NCBI RefSeq assembly: GCF_001194135.2
Contig: NC_068982.1
Coordinates: 109,102,177-109,166,176, forward strand
Source of the DNA: Octopus bimaculoides
Lineage: Eukaryota
DNA: 64,000 bases
Direction: 5' to 3'
Each line of letters starts with the position of its first letter. The stretch's first letter is position 1. A model generated the notes under the pieces. That model made no database searches. It was not told where the DNA came from and saw only the letters and a program-made list of their open reading frames with translations. The translations under genes were made by a program, and so were the position numbers. Of this stretch, positions 14,308-26,750 are shown one piece after another.

Positions 14308-14356
14308 ATGCCACGCATTTCATCATCAGCCAGAGTTCACATTGGTGATGGGGAAG
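14308..14356 (+). CDS. ATP8B: Candidate alternative N-terminal coding exon 1b (MPRISSSARVHIGDGE-E); exon 14301-14356
   Basis: Acceptor ttttgatctcag ends at 14300. ATG at 14308 has A at -3. The consensus phase-1 donor AAG|gtaagc is in frame with exon 31847. No homology support is visible. Confidence 0.45.
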
Positions 14357-14809
14357 GTAAGCTATTTTTTCAAGTTCAACAATAATAAGAATAATAGCAA
14401 CAGCTATAATAGTTTTAGCTACATATTTCTGTCAATTTAGTGTGTTTATTATACGTCAGTGAGAAGAATAACCTTTCTCTTTTACTTCATGTGTATATAC
14501 TCACATGCGACAAGTACACATGCAGATAAATAAACCACCAGTACTCAAAATCACAAACATACATATTTCAAAATAATGTTTTTCTTTTTAATTTATTAGT
14601 TTTATAAGTTTGGATGCTTACACACACACATATATATGTATCTGTATGCATGTAAATAGGTGTGTGTGTGTATGCATGTATGCATTAAGAATCAGTTGGT
14701 GATTCACGTCTTTGTTACAAATGAATGAATCATCGAATGATTCCTAATAAATATACCCTCTATACAATATACAATGTATTGAGTGCCTTTTACTTCCATT
14801 TGTAAGCAT

Positions 14810-14881
14810 GTGTGTGTGTATTGTATTTAGGCATGTTTATGCAGACATGTAAAATTGTGTGTGCATGTATATGTATATATA

Positions 14882-14924
<43 letters not shown>

Positions 14925-14948
14925 GCGCATACACAGTTGGTTGTGTGA

Positions 14949-14995
<47 letters not shown>

Positions 14996-15039
14996 NNNNN
15001 NNNNNCACACACACACATACACACAAGCATGTTTATGTG

Positions 15040-15093
<54 letters not shown>

Positions 15094-15110
15094 TACACAC
15101 ACTCATATAC
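14810..15110. repeat. Compound (TG)n/(TA)n/(CA)n microsatellite cluster with a small gap
   Basis: Direct reading; explains the ORF-track hits at 14790-15152. Confidence 0.95.
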
Positions 15111-18100
15111 ATAAAAGCATGTCTATGTATGTATAACTTGGTGCAACACTGATTTTATGCATTATGTTGCATGTTGATCCTTGTCTATGACATGTTCTTA
15201 TGTTACCTGCTCTAAAGCTTATCAATTGCTTATTGCCCTACCTATGTCAATATGATTATGCATTATCAAGTATCTAGTTCTGTTCCCTAGTAGTTACATT
15301 TGCACATTCATAACAAGGGCAATATTTGATAACAAAGGAGTAGAATCTGAAGAAACTAGTGAAGGTGTGTGTGTGTGTTGGCATATCTTGATGTGAAGAG
15401 TTGAAATATTGGAATAAAGTTGCTGTAAGGAAGGAAGATGTAACTTTTAGGACAGAACCTTTTTGTTAGAGAAAGTTGAAACAAAATAATATAATTTACT
15501 GATTTTAAATGTTACAAATTAAATTATATTTCATTGTCTGATTTGACTGAAGAGAGACATAGTAGTTTTGAAATCGAGACGCAGAATTACTGATATGAGA
15601 TAATGTGTTTAAAATGATTTTTGGAACCAACTTTCACCTAGTAGTTGAGTGTGTTGCAGAAAGAAGGAAGGGCTTTCAACTCTAATTATAAGCTAGTAAA
15701 GTAGCCACTATATGGTTGCATGACCTGCTAGAAATAGTTGCCAAGTCTCGCTCTCACATTCTTTAAAAACTTAAAAAAGGAACGACACATAGTTTGAGAT
15801 CAACTGTGTCTAAAAACAAAATGTACTGGTTACAGTTTTGGTCCATAAGTGTGTTCAGTCAAGGTTGACCTGGGCCAAAAACAACAACTTGTTCCAGCTA
15901 TAAGAAAATATCAATAGTTACAAAAATATTTGAAGAAAATCCTAACATAAGACAAAATTGTCAAAAGTAAATATATTTAGCACTAAAATAAATTATTTAC
16001 TTTGTTAAATTTAATTGAAGCCTTTTTCTTACTTTTATAATCTCCATCATAGTTTGATCCCTTCAGTGTTAAAATTCCAGAAAGAGTGAAATAAAGACCT
16101 TTTAAAAGTTATGACTACCATTAAAAAGTAAAAGAATTATTGTAAAAGAATTGCTATATTTTAAAAACACTCAAGTTTAATGTTTTGGATAACTGATTAA
16201 AGAGAAATGAATTCAAAACAGCTAAAGTTCTTAAGCTGTGTACCTAGTCAAGGTACACAGCATAGCCTTCTTTGAAATGCCCTGCTGAAGATGAGATGTC
16301 ATTTTCTTTTCATGACTGGGAGGTTGATGGTGGGAATGGTACGTAGCTGTAAAAATATTTCCAGCAAGTTATGAATAATCAAATGTGACAACTATTCGAT
16401 CTAGGAAAATAAGTGAAACAATCTAAAACAAAATCAAATGAAAACTGGAAGAATTCGTAGCTTTGATATTTTATTAAAATTTTTAATTTTCCTTTATTTA
16501 ACATTTTGTTATTATCCTATTGTTACCATCATCCCATCACCCACGTAATAATGATCATCACCATATAACATAGCCCTATCCTTATTGATATCACAATTGT
16601 TATCACCACCATCAAACATTATAAGTATGAGCCAAGGACGGATCCTCTTTGTGGTCACTTGACTTGCTTAAAGTGGCCGTCAAAACACAGTCATTACATC
16701 TTATTGTCATAGTGCATAAAGTTGTTCTAGATATTCTTAAGAAGAAGGGATGGTTACAGCTGGAATACTTTGATCATAGGTTTGCTTTATTGAGCTGACC
16801 TGTTGCTAAACAACAGAAACATTGTAATCACTATCATCTCAACTATGACAATCAATGTTTACATGTTTTTTGTTATGGTGTTATTGTCATATTTGTCCTT
16901 CATGTATCGAATGATTCATCATAAATAATCAACCTTAGTGGGATTTTATATCTTACCATTAATTATTCAGCCATAAATCAGCCCTGATTAAACAGACTTG
17001 TGATCAAAAGCAATCCAGCCATGGCTTTCTTGTATTTTTTCTAGACATTGTGTACTCTGGACTACTACATTGTTCAATGTGTCCTTCCGTTTTTAGAGAT
17101 GGGAGGGTGCGATTTGAGGAAGATTTAGATGCTATTTCTAATGGGCAGCATGACCATGGAGAGCAGATCTTTTTTTGATTTTTGTGTCACAGCACGCTTA
17201 TATGGCGAATATGGTGCCATATATTGTATGTAGGTGTGCTGCAAGTTTTTGCGGCAACTCCGAAAGTGTCAAGAGATTTTAAAAACACTTGAGTTTTTTT
17301 AAATGCATGTGTACCATTGAATATGTGTTCCTTTATGTCAAAGTGTAATGCTTGCATCAATCTCTATTTTAAAACAGTTTTGACATATTTTATATAAGAA
17401 AACTGCTAAAAAGGTAGTGGTGTACAGTAACACTTTTAATGCCTTATTTAGAGTGCTGTTGGTGAAAGAAAAATTGAAAATTGCTGCCGTATAATGGCTC
17501 TCTTATTGACTTATATCACTTATAGTTACTTTTGTTTAGCTCCAGTTCGATCACAATGTAACAGACCTATGATCAAAGACATTCCAACCATGACTATCCT
17601 GTCTTAAGGGTATATAAGACTATATTATTTGATGTCTTTTCCTTAAGTGGTGGCTCGTTGATAAAATTAGTTGGGGTGCTGCTTCACAAAATTTTGAGCT
17701 GTTGTTTTAATATTGTGTAAAAGGAAACAAACTTATAAAAAGAAAATTTATACATAAACTTGATCGGTTCAAGTTTTAGCCACTGCCAGGTAGTGTTTAA
17801 TTTGTTCACTGAACACCACCATGAATTCCCCCTTGTTTTTCAAAAAATACCCCCTAAATCACGAAATGGGTGGGTGGGGGCGATGGAAATGTGCCCTATT
17901 TTTCAAATCCTGGCAGCAACACTGAAGCAGGAAGCAGGATAATAATCTAATTCTACACTTTATCACATTCAAGAATATAAACACATTTTTAAGCACAACA
18001 CATGCGGAGTCAAAAAGGAACACTACCCTTCACTGGAACACTTGGATTGGCACTGTCGTTCTTGCAGTGCTCCACATTGTTGGAACTGTGAAGCGCACAG

Positions 18101-18958
18101 TGCTATACAAGGATTTTTGTATTTTTTTCATTAACTAAGGGATGGCTACTGAAACGAAGCTTAAGGATTATATAATGTACAAGTTTAAAGAAAGAATTTT
18201 TTAAAGAAGGACTTATTATATTGAATATTATTGATAATATTGACTGGAAATAGGGGGTGCTGCAGTTCCAAGCTGCTACTGGCAGGGAGTGATTTGAAGT
18301 TTTGGTTGCTTTTTGTAGCAAGTTGGATGGCCATGTGTAGTAAGCGTATTATACAGGGATAGTTAAAAAAAATAAATAAAGAGGTAAGGAGGTTTTACAA
18401 ATATTAAGGTGTCAGTAGTGCTAAGTTTTCCAATTCATTTCTTATTTCATATACACAATTATGTTTTTGTGTGATTATGTCTTTGTTTCTGTAGGAATTG
18501 TATAGTTTTATTTTTCATAAGTTAAAAAGAGGAGGAGAGGCAGTTGCCGTAATTTGCAGGTCTTCTGAGATTGGTGAGATTTATGTGACTGATGCCTAGA
18601 AGGTGCTTTGTGTAGTCACTTGGCCTGCTAGAAATAGCTACCAAGTCTCTCTTGTATCAAACCATACCATTTTAGGTTCCCTGCATACAAGAAAACACAG
18701 AATGGTCATGGCTGGATGCCTTCGATTATACATCTGTTTAATCAGGATTGATCTAGGGTTAAACAACAACGAGTCAGTGTCTGCAAGAATAAACATGGTT
18801 GAGGAAAACTGGTAGTGGGGGGAGGGGGAAGAACTGTGAGAGTGGTGGTTTGTTCCAAAGTAACTGAACTCCACTAAGGGTTCCCAAATGCCAGGTGTTG
18901 GTGTTAAACTAGAGAGCTTGTTTTGTTTGGCATGTTAAACATAATTATTATTTGCATG

Positions 18959-18993
<35 letters not shown>

Positions 18994-21754
18994 TTACTTT
19001 TGGAATTTTGAAATTTATTATTATTGTCATCATCATCGGTGGCAGCAGCAGTGAATGGGAAAGAACAAATGGTATGTCTTAATTGTACTCCTCCTCTCTG
19101 AGAATGTGCAAAATGGCTTTGTAAGAATAACCTGGAGATTTCAAGTAATAAGTTGACTGTAGGTTTCGTTTATAACTTTTTTTTATGTTCTTTCTCTATT
19201 TTTCCATTTACCCACTTGTGATTGAAATCTAGAGAAGAAGAGTAGAGAAACACCAAATTTGTCAGCTTTATTTCATGAATACACCATTTTTTTTGTTAAA
19301 GCATAATAAATTTGAGATTCAAATGTCTGCTACTATGTAGTCATTAAATAAGTGATCGGCTATCTAATAGCGATTACTTTATCTGTTGCTGTTTTGTCCT
19401 ACATCAACCCTATGATCAAGCATATTACATCTTTAACTATTCATTTCTTTATATACAGAGTTAACAATTCTGTTAAGAAGAATTGTTTATCCACATTCTG
19501 GTGTAACATGATAGCATGGCTTCTGTAATATCAGATATTTCAGTGTTGCATAACCATCCTAAAGGTTGTTTGGGATGGTTGGCTCCTCTCTCTTGCAGTA
19601 TCTTCATATTTGAGCAGGAGAATAATATACCTTTAACTGCAGTCAATTCCATTTGAAGGGAGGCCCTTGGAAAATTAACAAGATTTAAGTTCAAAGAAAA
19701 TGGTGCTTGAGAATCTAAAGAATTTGTCTGCATGTCACAGACCCAAGGGGAAAAACGTTTTTATCATACATGTCATCTTTTCCTGAGGAGGAATAAATAA
19801 GATGACCAAATGTATAAAGTATTGAATCTCCTGTTTGTAAGTTGTCATTTCAAATCTGCTAGACAGACACCTTATTCTTCATTTCCTCAGTTAACCTAGC
19901 TATTCGGATGTTAGGATTATCTAGAATAATCTGGTGGGAGATTTATCTCTCATCTCATTTGCTTCACATCATGATTGGAGTTAACACTCTTAGAAGGAAT
20001 TTACAACTTTACAACAGTAAGGGGAAAATGGTAATTGTTCATTTTTTTTTTAAGGAGATAGTGTGACATTTTGGGAAAATGTATTCTATTATAACCTAAG
20101 GGTGATTAATGTCTTGTTGGTGAAATTTGCTAAATGGAAACTGTACAGCATATGTGTTGGTCTTTGCATATCTTTGCATTGATATCACTTGTGCAGTAAT
20201 GATATTTGTTTATGTCTATAAGCAATTGGTTCAATATGAGAAGATCAGTGGAATAAAGTACTTTCCTTGAAAACAAATAGTGGTTAGCATCAGGAAAGGC
20301 ACTCAGCCATCGAATACTGCCTCAAGCAGTCTTGTCCTACACATGTCTGCATGGAAAAAGCAAATGTAAAAATACTGATGATGGTAAATACATGTACATG
20401 ATGGTGAATACATGATGTTTTTGCACCTGTAAAGATGCACTCAAACTTTTTATCACACAATCATGCCTACACTCATTGAAAAATGAATCATACATACCTT
20501 CTTTTATTTGTTTAGTATACATCTATTTTTCTATGCATGGATGAAATAATTGTTTCAGTTACACATTGAAGAAATGTTTCTTATTCTAGAGCACAGAACA
20601 AAGGCTTTAGAAATATTATTTGAAATTATGATCATTAGCTCTCAGTTTTCTTGCTACTTGACTGCAAAATTAATGTATCTCTTTCAAAAGTACATATAAC
20701 AATATACACATGAGCACACACATACGTAGCCACACACATGCACACACACACATACACACATTTGTTCACATGTGCATTATCAGAAAAAAACAAATATTCT
20801 TTATGTAACTGGTACTGATGCATACAGTTGGCAAATATTTACAGCTGGCTTGCGGCACCCAAAGACTCAATAATACACCATTAATTATCAGTATTGATGA
20901 AACCACAAACCGTAATGTTGATGGTAGATAGATATTGATAGATAACTTAGGGTGGATTGATTAACTCAAGCTGGACAAAGTGACAATTAATGACTTGCTC
21001 CCTCTCTCTCTTTCTCTCTCTCTCTTTCATCTTGTCATCCACTGTAGTTCCTTATCTGACATAAACAAAGATAGAGAAAACCACCCATTGCCGTTGGGTA
21101 TGTTGTTATTACTGTGGCAGTTTTTACAGCTGGGTGCTCTGAACACAAACTACTGTACAACATACCCATCCCTTGTAACATCTGTTGATTCACTGGGTGT
21201 GCTAAACTCTCTTTTTTACCATCACCAGCACCACCACCATTGTCATCATTATCATCATCCTTATATCATCATTCTTAAGTTCATTTTCTCATGCTGGCAT
21301 GGACAGAAAGAGAGTTATGGAGGCAGTATTTTGTATGCAGCACATACTTCCTGTCGTAAACCTTTATTTGATTTTTAAGTTATTTATTTGCTTTCTACTA
21401 TCTTCACATATAACAAAAGCATTAATTATGAAACACGTTGTTGACAAGAGACAAATATAATCAACATTATTGTTCACATTGTGATGCTGTAACATGTACA
21501 GAAACATTTACTCTCTCTTGTTCACTGTCTGTCTGTCTATGTCTGTCTCTCACACACATACACACACACCAAGCTTCTTGCTTATCAAATTTCATTTATA
21601 AGACATTGGTCACTCAAAGGTAACTTGCATTGAGATGGATCTAGCAACCATGTGGTTGCAAACAGCTTAACTACATATCAATACCAGTAACAATGATTCA
21701 ATTATAATAATATTTCATTAATAAATGAATAGTTACACACACACATATATTGTT

Positions 21755-21925
21755 GTTGGCACTCCGTCGCTTACGACGTCGAGGGTTCCAGTTGATCCAA
21801 TCAACGGAACAGCCTGCTCGTGAAATTAATGTGCAAGTGGCTGAGCACTCCACAGGCACGTATACCCTTAATGTAGTTCTCGGGGATATTCACCGTGACA
21901 CAGTGTGACAAGGCTCACCCTTTGA
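21755..21925 (-). mobile_element. SINE-type 3' tail fragment (related copy at about 9160-9260)
   Basis: ctccacaggcacg..tacccttaa...gtgtgacaaggc is shared with 9165-9230; directly abuts the RTE LINE 3' UTR. Confidence 0.45.
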
Positions 21926-21929
21926 ATTT

Positions 21930-24900
21930 CTACAGCTGGATGCTCTTCCTAATGCCGACCACTCCCAGAGTGTAGTGGGTGCTTTTATGTGTCACCGGCA
22001 TGAGGGCCAGTCAGGTGGTACTGGCAATGACCACGCTCAAAAGGTCTTTTTTATGTGCCACCTGCATGGGAGCCAGTCCGGCTGCACTGGCAACAACCAT
22101 GCTTGAATGTTGTTTTTCTCGTGTCAACAGCACATGTGTCAGTAAGGCGACGCTGGAAACGATCACGCTCAAATGGTACTTTTACATGCCACTGGTCCGT
22201 GAGCCAGTCAGTAGCCCTGGCAACGATCATGCTCAGATGGTGCTTTTAACGTTCAACCTGCATGAGCGCCAATCAAGTGGTACTGTCATCAGCCATGTCA
22301 GTGATTTTGATTTCACTTGCCTCAACAGGTCTTCGCAAGCAGAGTTTACTGTCCAATGAAGTAAGGGTACTCATAAGAGGGCTGGTTATACACCACTGGC
22401 ATAGGCCACAGGTTATGGTCTAACTTGGCTTGTTGGGTCTTCTAAGCACAGCATATCTCCAAAGCTCTCAGTCACTAGTCATTACCTTGGTGAGGCCCAA
22501 TGTTCGAAGGTCATGCTTCACCACCTCATCCCAGGTCTTCCTGGGTCTACCTCTTCTACAGGTTCCCTCAACTGCTAGGGTATGACACTTTATCACACAG
22601 CTGTCCTCATCCATTCACAACACCTCACCATACAAGTGCAGTCATTTCTCTTGCANNNNNNNNNNNNNNNNNNNNNNNNNNNNNNNNNNNNNNNNNNNNN
22701 NNNNNNNNNNNNNNNNNNNNNNNNNNNNNNNNNNNNNNNNNNNNNNNNNNNNNNNNNNNNNNNNNNNNNNNNNNNNNNNNNNNNNNNNNNNNNNNNNNNN
22801 NNNNNNNNNNNNNNNNNNNNNNNNNNNNNNNNNNNNNNNNNNNNNNNNNNNNNNNNNNNNNNNNNNNNNNNNNNNNNNNNNNNNNNNNNNNNNNNNNNNN
22901 NNNNNNNNNNNNNNNNNNNNNNNNNNNNNNNNNNNNNNNNNNNNNNNNNNNNNNNNNNNNNNNNNNNNNNNNNNNNNNNNNNNNNNNNNNNNNNNNNNNN
23001 NNNNNNNNNNNNNNNNNNNNNNNNNNNNNNNNNNNNNNNNNNNNNNNNNNNNNNNNNNNNNNNNNNNNNNNNNNNNNNNNNNNNNNNNNNNNNNNNNNNN
23101 NNNNNNNNNNNNNNNNNNNNNNNNNNNNNNNNNNNNNNNNNNNNNNNNNNNNNNNNNNNNNNNNNNNNNNNNNNNNNNNNNNNNNNNNNNNNNNNNNNNN
23201 NNNNNNNNNNNNNNNNNNNNNNNNNNNNNNNNNNNNNNNNNNNNNNNGTGTCCATAGCTTACACTGGGTACATCTTATAGAGTTTCTACCTACACCTTTT
23301 CTACAGATCAAGCAGGGCCATCTACCTGAAGGGATTTGTGGTTTGTCAGCCTTCCTACTTATTAAGATTTTGGTTTTAGCTAGGTTGACTCTAAGGCCCT
23401 TCAATTCTAATCCTTGCTTCCACACCTGAAACTTCTCCTCTAGTTCTGGTAGTGACTCAGCAATTAGTGCAAGGTCATCAGCATAGAGGAGCTCCCAGGG
23501 GCATCCTGTCTTGAATTCCTCTGTTATTGCTTGGAGGACTATGATGAATAAGAGGGTGGTGAGGACTGATCCTTGGTGGACCCCTACCCCTACCCAGAAT
23601 TCTTCATTGTACTCGTTGCCAACCCTCACCTTACTGACAGCATCCCTGTATATGGCTTGCACAGCTCTCACTAACCATTCAACTATCCCTAGTTTCTTCA
23701 TCGACCACCAGATAAGGGATCAGGGGACCCTGTCAAAGGCTTTCTCCATGTCAACGAAAGCCAGGTACAGAGGTTTATCTTTGGCTAGGTATTTCTCCTG
23801 CAGCTGTCTTACCAGAGGCACGAACCAAAACTGCATCTCATCTTGACTGACTCTCTCCCTAATTAGTTGGGCTATGACCCTCTCCGTAACCTTCATTACC
23901 TCAGCCAACAACTTGATACCTCTGTAATTGTATCTAAAGCATCACCTTCACCTTTGTAGCAGTTGACTATGGTGCTGCTATACCAGTCATTGGTTATGAC
24001 TCCTTCATGTATCACCTGGTTGACTATATGGGTGATTAGGCTATAGCTGACACCGCTAGATATTTTGAGCATCTCTGCTGTGATTCCTGATGGGCTGGGG
24101 GGCTTTCCCTGTCTTCATACCCTTAATTACTTTATCTACCAAGGTACTCTCAATTTCGATAGCTGGTCCCTCTGTTGGGTCGGCATTTGGCAGACTCTCT
24201 TTCTCCCATTCATTCTCTTTATTTAGCAACCTTTCATAGTGGAGTTCTATACTTAGGAGATGAGGAATTATGTACATTATTTACATTATTTACATTTGAT
24301 GGATATTTGTCATCTTGTTGTTAGCAAAAAATAAGATGAGGACAAATATCCTTCTAATGTAAATAATGTAAATAATGTACTTTCATAGTGTCGTCTCCAA
24401 ACCTCTCTCTTTGAGACCTTGTTTAATGCAAGTGAGCCATCATCCATGTGGACACATTTCTCTCCTACGATATCACGATTCTATCTCACACACTGTCTTG
24501 CAACACGAAATACCTCAAGTCTTTGGTCCTCACAGTGCAGAACATTGGCAAATTTTTTCTCATCTGCCTCCTCGCTGGCTAAACAAACCTGTCTCCTAGC
24601 TTCCCTTCCGGCAGTCTGATGCAATTCCTTGCTACCACCATTCTTCCAGTCCTTCCAAGCCTGTTTTTTTCCCCCAATGGCCCTGTCAACAATATTGTTC
24701 CACCACCCTGTTACCTTGGGTCAAAAGGGAACTTTGCACCATCCACAGATCCGGTCAGTGGCCCTCAGCAGGTTGTTCCATAGAAACCTCCAGTTGTCTT
24801 CCACATCATGTGATGCTATATCCCCCTCTATTTCGTCAAAGGCTTCGAGTATTAGGTCTCTAAATCTCTGTCCATTTGCAGGATCCTTAAGCTTCCAGAC

Positions 24901-25820
24901 CCTTCTCTTCCATGCTGGTCGTCTTCTGGGCATCCATTTAGCCCTATCCTGAAGTCACTAACTACTAGTCTATGTTGTGGGTACATTCTTCACCTGGGAA
25001 GGTTTTGGCATTTATAAGCAGCTGTCTTTCCCTTTTCTGGTGAGGATGTAGTCAATTTGGCTAGTGTGTCTGCCAGAATGGTAGGTGACTAGGTGACTGG
25101 CAGGTTTCCTGAAGTTAGTATTGCAAACCATAAGATCATTTGCATCGCAAAACTCCAGCAGCCTGGTTCCCTCCTCATTGCGGGAACCAAAACCATAGCC
25201 TCCATGTATGCCATGGAAGCCCCCTGCATGTTGTCCAACATGTCCATTGAAGTCACCATCCACAAAGAGAAGGTCCCTGTCGTTCGTTAACGAGGTAGTC
25301 AGCAAGAGGGTGTCATAAAATTGGTCTTTCTGTCCATCAGGTAGCCCCGACTGAGGGGCATAGGTCAAGACAATTGCTAACCTATGGTGTAGCACTAATC
25401 TAATCTTAAGTATTCTATCGCAGACTTTCACTAACCCATTTCTCTGCAAGAAGTATACCCATGCTCCCAACCCTGTCAGTGTTCTCTGCCCAGAAAATCT
25501 TGTACCTATGTTCTTTGCCTGTGAGGAACCTTGCAGAACCTCCTCTCCACCTTACTTCTTGGAAGCAGCACAAATCTACACATCTCCGTTCAAGCATCTC
25601 AACAATCTCACCAGACATACCTTTCAGTGTGCCCACGTTGAGTGTGCCAACCCTGAGGGTGTGGGAGGTGTGGGCCTGTGAGACCCTGGGGTGGGGGATA
25701 GAAGCGTTATGTACCTGAAAAGAAAGCTCAGGTACATGATGTAGGGGTGGGGATGGCATTAAGCCTATAGAAGTGTTCGTGGGAGACAACCAAAGGATGT
25801 CAGAGGATAGGGACTTCCAG
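21930..25820 (-). mobile_element. Near-full-length decayed RTE-clade LINE (APE endonuclease + RT + Cys-rich finger + 3' UTR)
   Basis: LRVGTLNVGTL, GDFNGHVG and QIDYIL (APE); AFVDMEKAFDRVP, VHQGSVL..LLF and LLYADDL (RT); PCLICRKGVGRNSIRCTQCKLW. Frameshifts, small deletions and an N gap at 22656-23247. Confidence 0.93.
24242..24379. mobile_element. 138-bp foldback insertion with 11-bp TSD inside the RTE LINE
   Basis: TSD ctttcatagtg at 24231-24241 and 24380-24390. Perfect 25-bp inverted arms GTACATTATTTACATTATTTACATT at 24272 and ending 24380, extending imperfectly inward. Confidence 0.8.
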
Positions 25821-25863
25821 NNNNNNNNNNGTAGGCGTACCGCGAAATAGCAGAATTAGAAAA

Positions 25864-26750
25864 GAACATCTTCTGGATTTGTATTCTTTTGGTGGAGTTA
25901 TTAAGATGAAGTAGTGGAATCCGAATGAGCTAGTTTATATAGTGTGGAGTGGTGGAGGAGGGGGATGTGTTGGAGAAGCAAGTGATTATCGAAACAGAGA
26001 GAGGGACCAGGGTTAGGCTGGTCAAGAATAGAACATGAGGGAGAAAAATATTCTTTTGGGATTTTGAGTAACATAATTTAATGAAACAGCAAATGCTGAG
26101 AACAGTGAAATAGAATTGAAAAATTTTAGAATTTTCAGTCAGCCAATCTGTGACAAAATTAGAGAAATAAGTGACGATGTGACAAAATTGAATAAATGAA
26201 TAAGTGACAAATAGCGAATATGCATAAGTTTGTCTTAAGACAACAGCGAGGAAGACGAAACTATGTTTAAACTATGTTTACATGGTAATGAAGTAGATTG
26301 AATAATGAAAAGAACTAATAAGGGGATTATGGTCTGTGCAGAAAAAGATGTGTTAGATGTATGAAGTTGAAAAAAAAAAAATCAAGATTTCTTATCTGAA
26401 CATCTTCTGGATTTGTATTCTTTTGGTGGAGTTATTAAAATGAAGTAGCGGAATCCGAATGAGCTAGTTTATATAGGGTGGGGTGGTGGAGGAGGGGGAA
26501 GTGTTGGAGAAGCAAGTGGTTATCGAAACAGAGAGAGAGAGGGAGGGGGACCAGGGATAAGCTGGTCAAAGATAGAACACGAGGGAGAAAAATATTCTTT
26601 TGGGATTTTGAATAACAATTTAATGAAACAACAAATGCTGATAACAGTGAAATAGAGTCGAAAAATCTTAGAATTTTCGGTCAACCAATCTGTGACAAAA
26701 TTAGAGAAATAAATGATGATGTGATAAAATTGAATAAATGAATACGTGAC
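25864..26750. repeat. Direct repeat, about 350 bp, period 534 bp
   Basis: 25864-26208 and 26398-26750 align along their length with scattered substitutions. Confidence 0.85.

Noticed and set aside
14790-15152. Cluster of 67-100 aa ORFs on both strands
   Set aside because: Translations of (TG)n/(TA)n microsatellites.
15547-15585. CTGAAGA-GAGAC-atagta-GTTTT-GAAA-TCGA hammerhead-like core
   Set aside because: Stem II relies on wobble pairs, there is no NUH triplet and no stem I; at most an unprovable relic.
16730-17050. Oppositely oriented copies of a dispersed repeat (agacctatgatcaaa...ccagccatgacc family) about 150 bp apart
   Set aside because: The copies are heavily diverged and the family is scattered through the window, so chance juxtaposition is likely.
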